Assembly: GCA_964525635.1 (NCBI GenBank)
Contig: CAZGJX010000035.1
Span: 1 to 36,069 of the forward strand
Direction: 5' to 3'
Length of the DNA stretch: 36,069 nt
DNA from: an uncultured archaeon
GTDB lineage: Archaea > Asgardarchaeota > Lokiarchaeia > Sigyniarchaeales > SOKP01
Every line of letters starts with the position of its first letter. The first letter of the stretch is position 1. Shown here in pieces: positions 27,675 through 36,069 of this stretch. A program made the position numbers and the translations under genes. The notes under the pieces are model-generated. The model saw nothing but the letters and a program-made list of their open reading frames with translations. It made no database searches and was not told the DNA's origin.

Positions 27675-28553
27675 TTAATCATTAGATAATAAATTCCAAC
27701 TTTTTATTATATCTTCTGAACGTTTAATAATAATATCTTCAATAAATTCTTTTAAAGTTATTATCTTATCACAATGACCTGCTGCCATTGATGCATTCAA
27801 TGATTCTTTTAATTGTAAATGAAAGACTTTTTGATGGAATTTTTCATCAAATATATCTTGTTTTATAATTTTTTTTTTCCAATAATCAGAAGCAAGACTC
27901 TCTTCTGTTGGAATAATTGCAGTACCAAAACATACAGCATCAGCACCCATAATAAGAGCCCCTAAAAATCCTCTCGCATCTCCAATTCCACCTGCTGCTA
28001 TAATTGGAACTTTTAAAAGCTTTTTTGCCATAGTTAGATTAACAAGTGTAGTATTTTGATTAGGATTCTTAAATCCTGTTCCTTCAAGACCTACGAGAGT
28101 TATAGCATCAACACCCGCTCTTTCTACTGATTGAGCATGTTTAATTGTTGAACATTTATGAAACCAAAAACAATCATTCTCATGAATTATTTCTCCTATC
28201 TTATTAGCTCTATAAGCTGATGTTGTAAATATTTTTACACCTTCATCAATAGCTATATTTAAGAATTGTAAATAAGAAACCTCATCTCTATTAGTACTTA
28301 TTTCTTGAGGTGTTTTATTTGGAGGTGATATAGTAAAATTGATTCCCCATGGTTTATTTGTTAAATTTTTTACCTTTTGGATTTCTTTTCTGAATTCTTC
28401 TTCTGATTTAAAATTAATAGCAGTTAATATACCTAATCCACCAGCATTTGAGAAAGCAGCAGTAAATTCAGCTTTACCAATCATTGCAAAAGCACCCATA
28501 ATAATTGGATACTTTATATGTGCCATCTCTGTTATTTTTGTTTGCCATTTCAT
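27675..28553 (-). CDS. Nitronate monooxygenase / FabK-like FMN-dependent oxidoreductase
   Basis: KYPIIMGA, SNAGGLGIL, TNKPWGIN, GVDAITLVGLEGTG and PIIAAGGIGDARG…GADAVCFGT. Confidence 0.88.
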   Translation of the reverse strand: MKWQTKITEMAHIKYPIIMGAFAMIGKAEFTAAFSNAGGLGILTAINFKSEEEFRKEIQKVKNLTNKPWGINFTISPPNKTPQEISTNRDEVSYLQFLNIAIDEGVKIFTTSAYRANKIGEIIHENDCFWFHKCSTIKHAQSVERAGVDAITLVGLEGTGFKNPNQNTTLVNLTMAKKLLKVPIIAAGGIGDARGFLGALIMGADAVCFGTAIIPTEESLASDYWKKKIIKQDIFDEKFHQKVFHLQLKESLNASMAAGHCDKIITLKEFIEDIIIKRSEDIIKSWNLLSND

Positions 28554-28740
28554 ATATTAATACCATTTTTATTTAACTAATTTTTCATAATAATGAGTAT
28601 TTAGAATTATACCATAGTTCTTACGAAATATATATAGCTAAAAAATTATTATTTTTAAAATGATTTTCTATTTATAATTCATTTATTTTGGTTATAATAT
28701 TTTATTATAAGAATAATTTAATTGATGTAATTTGTATAAT

Positions 28741-29634
28741 ATGCACAATAATCCTAAATTAGCTAGAAATATTAACCTAAATCCTATATTTTATCAATTA
28801 AACTCGAAATCTCAAAATTATATTTGTGATATTATAAATATAACAAGAAGAAAAATAGGATTGAATTCTGTAAGTAGTATCATATTATTTGGAAGTCAAA
28901 TATACAATAAAAAAGAAAATATTCTCGTATCCGATTGTGATTTATTAATTATTTTGAATGATAATATTTCTAAATGTAAGATCAAAGATTTGGATAGATA
29001 TATATTAGCATTAGAAATAAAACACAATTATCGAGATAACAATCCTAAATTATTAAAAAGAATATTATCATATCTTCAAAAAACAACAGGTATGTTTGTC
29101 AGTCATTTTATTACAACAAAAAAATATTGTAAAAAACAACTATTTCATAAAATATTTCAAATAAATCATTTATTTAGTTTTCTTTTTGCTCCCAGAAAAA
29201 TTGTATTAAACAGCGTAATGAGTAATAACAAGGAAATATACGGTGAATCATTAATTAACTTTATCAAGAAGGAAAATACTCCTAGTAAATGGGATATTTT
29301 TAAGAGTCTTTTAATGAATTTGATTATTTCATTTTTTTCAATTATTATTACTCCATTTAGAAAATTAAATGCAATATATTACCAATTAGAAGCCGTAAAA
29401 TGGTCATTAAAAGCAGTAAATTATTATATTTTTAGAGATTCAAAATCTCTAAACGAAATTATAATAAGATTCTCAAATGATAAAAATAACTGCTTAATTA
29501 GGATAAATATGCATTATCTAAAGAGATTTTTAAGATTAAGAAAACAACCTTTTAATGATATACGGTTTATAATTAGATCTCCTATTAAGATCATAAAAAT
29601 ACATAAAGTAGCATTTAATTATCTATTAAAATAA
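28741..29634 (+). CDS. Pol-beta-superfamily nucleotidyltransferase with a helical C-terminal domain
   Basis: SIILFGSQ…SDCDLLIIL matches the hG[GS]x…DxD motif. ATG 28741 is preferred over TTG 28732. Confidence 0.75.
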   Translation: MHNNPKLARNINLNPIFYQLNSKSQNYICDIINITRRKIGLNSVSSIILFGSQIYNKKENILVSDCDLLIILNDNISKCKIKDLDRYILALEIKHNYRDNNPKLLKRILSYLQKTTGMFVSHFITTKKYCKKQLFHKIFQINHLFSFLFAPRKIVLNSVMSNNKEIYGESLINFIKKENTPSKWDIFKSLLMNLIISFFSIIITPFRKLNAIYYQLEAVKWSLKAVNYYIFRDSKSLNEIIIRFSNDKNNCLIRINMHYLKRFLRLRKQPFNDIRFIIRSPIKIIKIHKVAFNYLLK

Positions 29635-29879
29635 TTAACTATATCATAGATTTTTATAAAATAATGTGGAAAACCAATAAATGATTTATCAGTTTCATTC
29701 ATCTATTATTGGGAAAATTGATTTTTTTTATGGAATGCAAAATTGATTGTCCCTTTTTTCAAAGAATAATTATAGATTAAGATAAGTTTATAAATCAAAT
29801 TCTCCTTTTCAATCATAGAGCAATAATATAGATTTTATATAGGTTTTACAGATAAAAAAAAGAGAATTTAGAGATAAAT

Positions 29880-30179
29880 ATGATTGATTGTTATGATAAA
29901 ATATTAAATCTTTATCATGAAAAAATAGAACATAATTTCATGGATATTGATGATGAAACATGGATTCTAAATGCAAATTATTTACGGAGTTTTGTTAACA
30001 AATTAGATAAAGAAATTGAAAATTATGAAAAAGTAAAGAATTGTGTACTTTTACTAATAAATTTATGTTTTGGTATTGAAGATACTGATCATTATGTTAA
30101 CAAAGGAAAATCTTATAAAGAACTTAGCCAATTAGAGAAAGAAAATTATACTACCTTATTAAAAGCTGAAACTAATTAA
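29880..30179 (+). CDS. Small helical hypothetical protein (99 aa)
   Basis: ATG-started ORF in otherwise unoccupied space with typical composition. Confidence 0.6.
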   Translation: MIDCYDKILNLYHEKIEHNFMDIDDETWILNANYLRSFVNKLDKEIENYEKVKNCVLLLINLCFGIEDTDHYVNKGKSYKELSQLEKENYTTLLKAETN

Positions 30180-30219
30180 ATATAAAGATTTTTTATAGAA
30201 TTAGATTTAGTCGTATACT

Positions 30220-32475
30220 TTAAAATACTTTCAATTCTTTTAGTTCATAAATCTTATCAAAATCATAAAAGATTTTATCTAAACGAGTAATTTCTGAAAG
30301 TAATTGTTCTTTTACCTTTTTATCATTTATAAAAGTATCTAATATTATTTGATAAAAATTAACATTATATTCTGATGTTAAATCAGATATTTTCTCAAGA
30401 TCTTCCCTTTTTATTCCTTGTTCTTCTAAATGATTTAATATCCCCTCAAATTCATTTCTTAGATTAATTGTTGCCCATAATGCATTTTGTGTTTTTCTGT
30501 ATAATTCTTTTTCTTTATCATAAATGATTGAATCTTCTTCTGAGAGGTTTGATTGGTTTTTTAAATTCTCAATTCGTTCATTTAAAAGTTGTTTTACTCT
30601 ATCATAAATTCTTATGGCATCATATATTTTACTGAGAGATTTTATTAGATCAGCTCTTCTCATAAGAGTGGCTTCAATAATCTTTAGATAAGCATCTTCA
30701 TAATACGTTTGGATTGTACCAAAGGTTGATTTTTCTAATTCTCCAATTTTTAATTTAATTTGATTCAGATCTTCATAAAAGTTTTCTTTTAGAGATTCAG
30801 ATATATCATTTTGTTTTAAAGATTTATAAATAATTTTTGTTAAATCTTTAATTATACCTGCTTTATCCGCTAATTCATTTGCTTTAGCAGCAATTTGAGT
30901 CATACTTCTAAATTCTCCTTCTTTTTCACAAAATTTTAAGATTCTTATTCCATCATTCATTAAATCAAGATATTTTTCTTTATTTCTTTTAATGTAATAT
31001 TTGGCATCTTGTATTTTTTGCATTGCTCTATCCATCTGGATATCTAATTCAAAAATATAATCTATTAAGGTTATTTGTTTTCTTTCTTGAAGTAGTCTTG
31101 ATTTTCTATCCATATCTATTAAAACACTTTTACCAGCATAAAACCATAGAATACCAGCAGGAAGCCAGAAAAAAATAGAAAAAACTAATGTATTAAACAT
31201 CGTTCCTAATAAGGAAATTAACATAAATGAGATTAATAATGTTAGACCTTTTCCAATTTGTTCAGATAAATTAAAAAATGAAGCTGCTGTTCCTTTATGT
31301 TCGGGTAAATTAACATCAATCATAACAGCATTTCTATTAGCAACAGGACCTGCACTTAATAGTGAAGCAATTAATGCGAATATAAAAAAATAAATATACT
31401 CTGGATATCTAATAAAAATTTCTCCTATTGTTTTGAATAAATAAGAAAATGTTTCTGAAGCTGGAATTGGATCTGGGAAAGAAATATTTAATTTATTTAT
31501 ATCTACCGGCGTCAATAGAAATAACATTAAAAGACCTGTTGGAATAGCTAGTATCATACATATGGTTGATAGACGAACTCTGTTTTTTTTATTTCTTCGA
31601 TAGAGTATATCTCCAAGATTTGAGAGAAGAATATTCCCTAATAGATAACCAATTCCAATCAATGCCGCAAATATTGCTGCTGTTTGCATACTAATTGCAT
31701 CAGGTATCATAAAAAAATATTCATCTATTAAAATGGTTTGTATAAAATATATTAATATTGTCCCGGGAATTATTGAAAAAAAACCTTGTATAATAAGATA
31801 GAGATTAGTTTTTTTACCTACAATTTCTTTTAAATCATCTTTAGAAATTCTAAAACTATATTCTAAATTTAAATCACTTAATTCCATTAATTCTGCTTCA
31901 CTCGTTCCTCTATATGGAAGCTTAATAAAAAGTAATAGGAACATTATTAATATACTTATTCCAGATAATAAGAAAAAGGGAAATCTCCATCCAAATATGG
32001 GGCCTAAGAAGCCTGATAAACCTTGACCTATTGCATTTGATATAGCACTGAGGATTGCTAAAATCCCAAACCAACCAGATCTTTCATCAGGAGGTATGGC
32101 ATCCGAAATAATTGAATATCCAATAGGAAGAACGCATCCAAGACCAGCACCACTCAACATACGAGATGCAATCACCATTTCCAAATTTGATGAAAATCCC
32201 GTCATTAACATTCCAATTGTCCATGAAACTGCTCCAGTAAATAAAATAGCTGTTCTATTAAATTTATCCGCATAATAACCCCAAAATAGAGCAAAAAAAG
32301 CACTAACCAATACAAATAGAGCATCAGGGATGGCTATTAATGACTCTGCTATATTGAATTCATCCATAATAGCAGAATAACTAGGGATTAGCATGCTAGC
32401 GCATGCAATAGACACAAATAGTAGTAAACAAACTAAAAGAATTGGAATAAGATCCTTCTTTTGTATTTTTGTTAT
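30220..32475 (-). CDS. MFS transporter (spinster-like) fused to a ~280-aa soluble alpha-helical C-terminal domain
   Basis: MFS motif A WGYYADKFNRT, SRMLSGAGLG, ISDAIPPDERS, GWRFPF and DVNLPEHKGT. The frame extends upstream of the listed GTG (32415) through TM1, so the start is probably ATA 32475 or ATC 32481/32487. Confidence 0.85.
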   Translation of the reverse strand: MTKIQKKDLIPILLVCLLLFVSIACASMLIPSYSAIMDEFNIAESLIAIPDALFVLVSAFFALFWGYYADKFNRTAILFTGAVSWTIGMLMTGFSSNLEMVIASRMLSGAGLGCVLPIGYSIISDAIPPDERSGWFGILAILSAISNAIGQGLSGFLGPIFGWRFPFFLLSGISILIMFLLLFIKLPYRGTSEAELMELSDLNLEYSFRISKDDLKEIVGKKTNLYLIIQGFFSIIPGTILIYFIQTILIDEYFFMIPDAISMQTAAIFAALIGIGYLLGNILLSNLGDILYRRNKKNRVRLSTICMILAIPTGLLMLFLLTPVDINKLNISFPDPIPASETFSYLFKTIGEIFIRYPEYIYFFIFALIASLLSAGPVANRNAVMIDVNLPEHKGTAASFFNLSEQIGKGLTLLISFMLISLLGTMFNTLVFSIFFWLPAGILWFYAGKSVLIDMDRKSRLLQERKQITLIDYIFELDIQMDRAMQKIQDAKYYIKRNKEKYLDLMNDGIRILKFCEKEGEFRSMTQIAAKANELADKAGIIKDLTKIIYKSLKQNDISESLKENFYEDLNQIKLKIGELEKSTFGTIQTYYEDAYLKIIEATLMRRADLIKSLSKIYDAIRIYDRVKQLLNERIENLKNQSNLSEEDSIIYDKEKELYRKTQNALWATINLRNEFEGILNHLEEQGIKREDLEKISDLTSEYNVNFYQIILDTFINDKKVKEQLLSEITRLDKIFYDFDKIYELKELKVF

Positions 32476-32790
32476 AGGGATAGTGATCTAATCTCTTTAA
32501 TTATAATTAGGATTATTTAATAATAATTTGAAATTTATTAAATTTTTACTCTATCAATTTTAATATTTAAATGTTTTTTGAGGATCACTATATATTCGTT
32601 AAATTCAGAAAATGTAGTTATTTGATGATTACTCATTAAATATGTTTAGATATCCTTAATTTTTGCTATTTATAATAAAAGAATAATAAAATTATTTTCT
32701 AAAAATTAATAAAAAGATCTATAGATTACAAGATATAAAACATTCAAATAATTGATTTTTTGAATATAAATAAAAAAAAAAGAAAAATCT

Positions 32791-34905
32791 CTACTTTCTT
32801 ATTCTTATTTTAATAACAACATATGATAATCCTATTAATAACGAAGTAAAGATTATATATATATCATAACCAGGTATTTTATTTGGTGGATCGGGATAAT
32901 AATCCGGATCTAGAGGATTTGTACCATACTTTACTTCAGTACCATCTTTCCAACCATCACCATCTGTATCTGGATTATCTGCTTCTGTATTCCAAAAGTA
33001 TTCCTGTAAATTAGATAATTTATCATTATCAAAATCTAAAGAAGAATCATCAATTAATGGATTTAATGAATATTCAATTTCCCACCCATCAGGCATACCA
33101 TCTCCTTCTGAATCGGAGTTATTTGCATATGTTCCTAATTGATATTCTATTAAATTTATCAAATCATCGGAATCGTAATCTTGGTTTGTATCATCATTAA
33201 TTAAATCAAGATTATTATGATATTCCCAGAAATCTGGCATTGTATCTTCATCAGAGTCCGTATTATTAGCGGATGAGCCTATTTGACTCTCTAATAAATT
33301 AATTAACCCATCTTCATCTTTATCTAAATCCTCGTCCATAATAAATATCTCAAGATCATTAAAATATTCATAACCATCTAACATACCATCATTATCAGTA
33401 TCAGCATCATTCACATAACTTCCAATTTGATGTTCAATGAAATTTCCAAGTCCATCACCATCTAGATCAAGTTCTGTATCATCTGATATAGGATTTAGTC
33501 CATTTTCTACTTCATAACCATCTAACATACCATCATTATCAGTATCATTTATCAATGGATTTGTATTTCCATAGTATTCAACATAATCGTTTAATCCATC
33601 AAAATCGGTATCATTTAATCTTGGATCTATCCCATTTCCTTGTAGAATTTCAAAAATATCAGTTAATCCATCTAAATCAGTATCACCATAGGATTCTCTA
33701 AATATCTTCTTACTATATCCATTAATTTCTACTAGAATCTCATAGCTAGTTATATCTTCCCCTGGATCTAATTCAATTGATCCAGAATAATGTTCAAATC
33801 CATGAGATGTTGAGGTATTATTCTTTAGATCCTCAGTTTTTACAATTATATCAGAATCCACTGAACAAACAGACATATTTATTGTCTCAATATTACCATT
33901 ACCATATAAATTAAATGAATAGGTTAATACATTTGCAGAAGAGCTAAGTAATAAAGATGTTAATGCGGGGGGTATGATTGAATGACCAGCAATTCCATCA
34001 TATTGTCTAGGATGTTGTGAATGCTGATAACCTGCACAATAACTGGTTACTTTTGGAGCTAAATCTGAAAATTGCTCTTCCATAGACATTACTCCATCAC
34101 TATTTATATCCACACCGTTATAAAAGGAGTCAATAAAATAGTAAGTAAAAACACCATTTCTTAATTCAATCGTTTCAATACTTAATTCTGTTGCATCACA
34201 TGCTGTAATGATATATCTCCCAGAATCCTGAGATTCAAGAATCATACCTCCACTATTACAAGAATCAATTATAACATATTTCTCTACTGAAGGCATATAT
34301 TGTAATTGTAAAGCTAAATTAGAATCCATATAAACGTTAGCTAAAGTATAGGGATCAGTATCATAAGGACATATAAAATGTTGTCCTGAATCTTCTCCTC
34401 CGTGACCTGAAAAGTAAAAGAAAAATACATCATCAGAATCAATTATTATTTGAATTTGAGTAAGTGCTGCAATTAACCCAGCACGTGTAGCTTCACTATT
34501 CTCAAGTATGATAATATTTTGATCTGGAACGTTACATCCATACATAAGATAATATCTCATATCTCTTGCGTCTAGAACACAGTAATTTAAATCTGATAAC
34601 CATTGATATCTTTCTATTCCAATCAAAATAGCATATACATTTTTTGTCGCTAAAGCTATTTTATTATTTTTAAATATTTTTTGAACATCTAATACTGGAT
34701 TGATATCATTTTTCTTAAAAGATATTTTATCTGATTTTTCTAAAATAGCTTCTCTTTTTATACTATTTTTTGTTGTTTCCATATTTGATGGATTATCAAA
34801 AGAAAACAGAGGTGTAATAGTACCAAAAATACAGATTGTGTTTATTAAAAATATAGCAATAAATAATTTTGCAATATTATCTTTTTTTATTTTAAGTTTT
34901 GGCAT
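32791..34905 (-). CDS. Secreted, surface-anchored caspase-like (peptidase C14, metacaspase-type) protease with Ca-binding DxDxDG (thrombospondin type 3-like) repeats and a Loki-CTERM-like tail
   Basis: N-terminal signal/TM. YAILIGI…LNYCVLDA, catalytic His in YFSGHGG, catalytic Cys in IIDSCNSGG, NGVFTYYF. About 11 DxDxDG-type repeats. C-terminus KIPGYDIYIIFTSLLIGLSYVVIKIRIRK. Confidence 0.88.
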   Translation of the reverse strand: MPKLKIKKDNIAKLFIAIFLINTICIFGTITPLFSFDNPSNMETTKNSIKREAILEKSDKISFKKNDINPVLDVQKIFKNNKIALATKNVYAILIGIERYQWLSDLNYCVLDARDMRYYLMYGCNVPDQNIIILENSEATRAGLIAALTQIQIIIDSDDVFFFYFSGHGGEDSGQHFICPYDTDPYTLANVYMDSNLALQLQYMPSVEKYVIIDSCNSGGMILESQDSGRYIITACDATELSIETIELRNGVFTYYFIDSFYNGVDINSDGVMSMEEQFSDLAPKVTSYCAGYQHSQHPRQYDGIAGHSIIPPALTSLLLSSSANVLTYSFNLYGNGNIETINMSVCSVDSDIIVKTEDLKNNTSTSHGFEHYSGSIELDPGEDITSYEILVEINGYSKKIFRESYGDTDLDGLTDIFEILQGNGIDPRLNDTDFDGLNDYVEYYGNTNPLINDTDNDGMLDGYEVENGLNPISDDTELDLDGDGLGNFIEHQIGSYVNDADTDNDGMLDGYEYFNDLEIFIMDEDLDKDEDGLINLLESQIGSSANNTDSDEDTMPDFWEYHNNLDLINDDTNQDYDSDDLINLIEYQLGTYANNSDSEGDGMPDGWEIEYSLNPLIDDSSLDFDNDKLSNLQEYFWNTEADNPDTDGDGWKDGTEVKYGTNPLDPDYYPDPPNKIPGYDIYIIFTSLLIGLSYVVIKIRIRK
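33367..33547. repeat. Perfect 37-bp direct repeat (33367-33403 and 33511-33547) inside the protease repeat region
   Basis: TTCATAACCATCTAACATACCATCATTATCAGTATCA occurs twice, 144 nt apart, and encodes DTDNDGMLDGYE. Confidence 0.9.
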
Positions 34906-35284
34906 ATTTTATCCTTTTAAATTTCTTAATTCCTAATTATTCCCTTTAAGGACTTAATATGAAAAAAATAAAGTCATTTATAAAAGGTGAGGTACAATCT
35001 TTGAATAATTAAAAATTATTTTAATGTGTTGTATATCATCAATAATATTTTTCCGGATAAAAAGGTATTAGGGAAAACTTTGAATGTTTTTAAATGAATA
35101 AATAATGAGAAAATACATTCTGTTCTTTTTTTTAACTATATCCCTCCTAATTTCCAAATATATTCATAGAAAGGATATCTACAATATTATATTATATATA
35201 ACTTAGCATGAAAGTTCAGTCATTTCTATTGTGTCCTGATATAAATTTTTTTATTATTATCAAGTAGATTTATTCTTTAAAAAA

Positions 35285-35569
35285 TCAAAGATGTAATTCC
35301 TTACTTCCATGAAAAATAGATATTATTTCTAAATGATCCTTTTTAATTAAATATATTATACGATAATTTCTAAAAAGTATTTCTCTGATATTAGAATTAT
35401 TTGCTTCTGGAACTATACGCCCAATTTTAGGAAATTGGTTCAGATGACCTATCATTTCAAAAATTTGTTTCACTAAAAAATCAGCATACTTAGGAGAATC
35501 CTTTGATATATATTCAGCAATACTATCTAGTTCTTCAAGTGCATTTTTTGTCCATTTTATTTTAACCAT
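35285..35569 (-). CDS. RelE/ParE-family type II toxin
   Basis: KIKWTKNALEELDSIAEYISKDSP…LNQFPKIGRIVPE…IREILFRNYRIIY…IISIFHGS is the classic RelE/ParE pattern. Confidence 0.9.
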   Translation of the reverse strand: MVKIKWTKNALEELDSIAEYISKDSPKYADFLVKQIFEMIGHLNQFPKIGRIVPEANNSNIREILFRNYRIIYLIKKDHLEIISIFHGSKELHL

Positions 35570-35757
35570 TTTGCTAAACGCTCTTTAGCTTCTTTATGTG
35601 TGAATATATTACCCTCTTCAGAATCCTTTAATCCCTTTTCAATCTTTTTTCTTACATATATTGCTTCAATTATATCCTCCATACTTACATTATTAGGTAA
35701 TGATTTTATCATTTCTATAATACTATCCTTTTCAGTTGCCATAATGTTTGTCATCAT
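35557..35757 (-). CDS. Cognate antitoxin
   Basis: Small ORF directly upstream of and overlapping the toxin. IKSLPNNVSMEDII…IEKGLKDSEEGNIFTHKEAKERL…W is typical of ParE-associated antitoxins. Confidence 0.82.
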   Translation of the reverse strand: MMTNIMATEKDSIIEMIKSLPNNVSMEDIIEAIYVRKKIEKGLKDSEEGNIFTHKEAKERLAKWLK

Positions 35758-36069
35758 TTAAAGTAATATCTTTAATAAATATATAATACCTCTCTCTATT
35801 AATTTTTTATTATCCCTATATCTTTTACTTTCTTTTAAAAAAGGATATAAGAAGGTAGAAAAATTTCATAAATTATTTAAGAATGATCCTGTTTCCCTAT
35901 GATATCCTCATACCCATTATATATTAAATTCATTCTAAATTTAAAGTTAAAATATAAAAACGATTAATAAAAAATTTTAATAAAAAATCTGAATATTCAA
36001 TTAGATCTTTTAGGTATTATCCTTATATTATTAATATATTTACAATATTTCGTAAAAGTTCGGTTTCAC

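Noticed and set aside
28339-28560. 73-aa + strand ORF
   Set aside because: Antisense shadow of the nitronate monooxygenase-like gene.
32890-33700. CRISPR-like or DGR-like repeat array
   Set aside because: The repeats are in-frame coding DxDxDG units. Only one exact 37-bp pair exists, and there are no unique spacers, cas genes, reverse transcriptase or adenine-specific mismatches.
34700-34936. 78-aa + strand ORF
   Set aside because: Antisense to the 5' end of the caspase-like gene.

Overview
A very AT-rich, gene-dense archaeal chromosomal segment, most likely from an Asgard archaeon (Lokiarchaeia-like). That assignment is inferred from a gelsolin-domain protein, an Arf-like small GTPase, three longin/uDENN-like proteins, two surface proteins with IPGY-TM-basic (Loki-CTERM/PGF-CTERM-like) tails, NreA, a PAC2 chaperone and a CCA-less tRNA-Leu(CAG). 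It also holds a mannoside cluster (GT4 fused to a helical glycosidase-like domain, a second GT4, GH130, a PMI-type cupin), a kinase-like gene, two coupled coiled-coil/winged-helix genes, a MoxR-vWA pair, an m5C methyltransferase, an MFS fusion, a surface-anchored caspase-like protease and a RelE/ParE toxin-antitoxin pair. No CRISPR array, rRNA, transposase or integrase was seen. The best candidates for undescribed biology are: (i) a multi-wHTH regulator plus two tandem 7TM-longin 'receptors', divergent from a surface protein; (ii) an Arf-like GTPase translationally coupled to a uDENN/longin-wHTH protein; (iii) a coiled-coil-wHTH heterodimer candidate; (iv) an extracellular metacaspase-like protein; (v) repeated signs of AUA/AUC initiation, or a -1 frameshift at the MoxR-vWA junction. 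All family assignments come from motif recognition by eye, not database searches.
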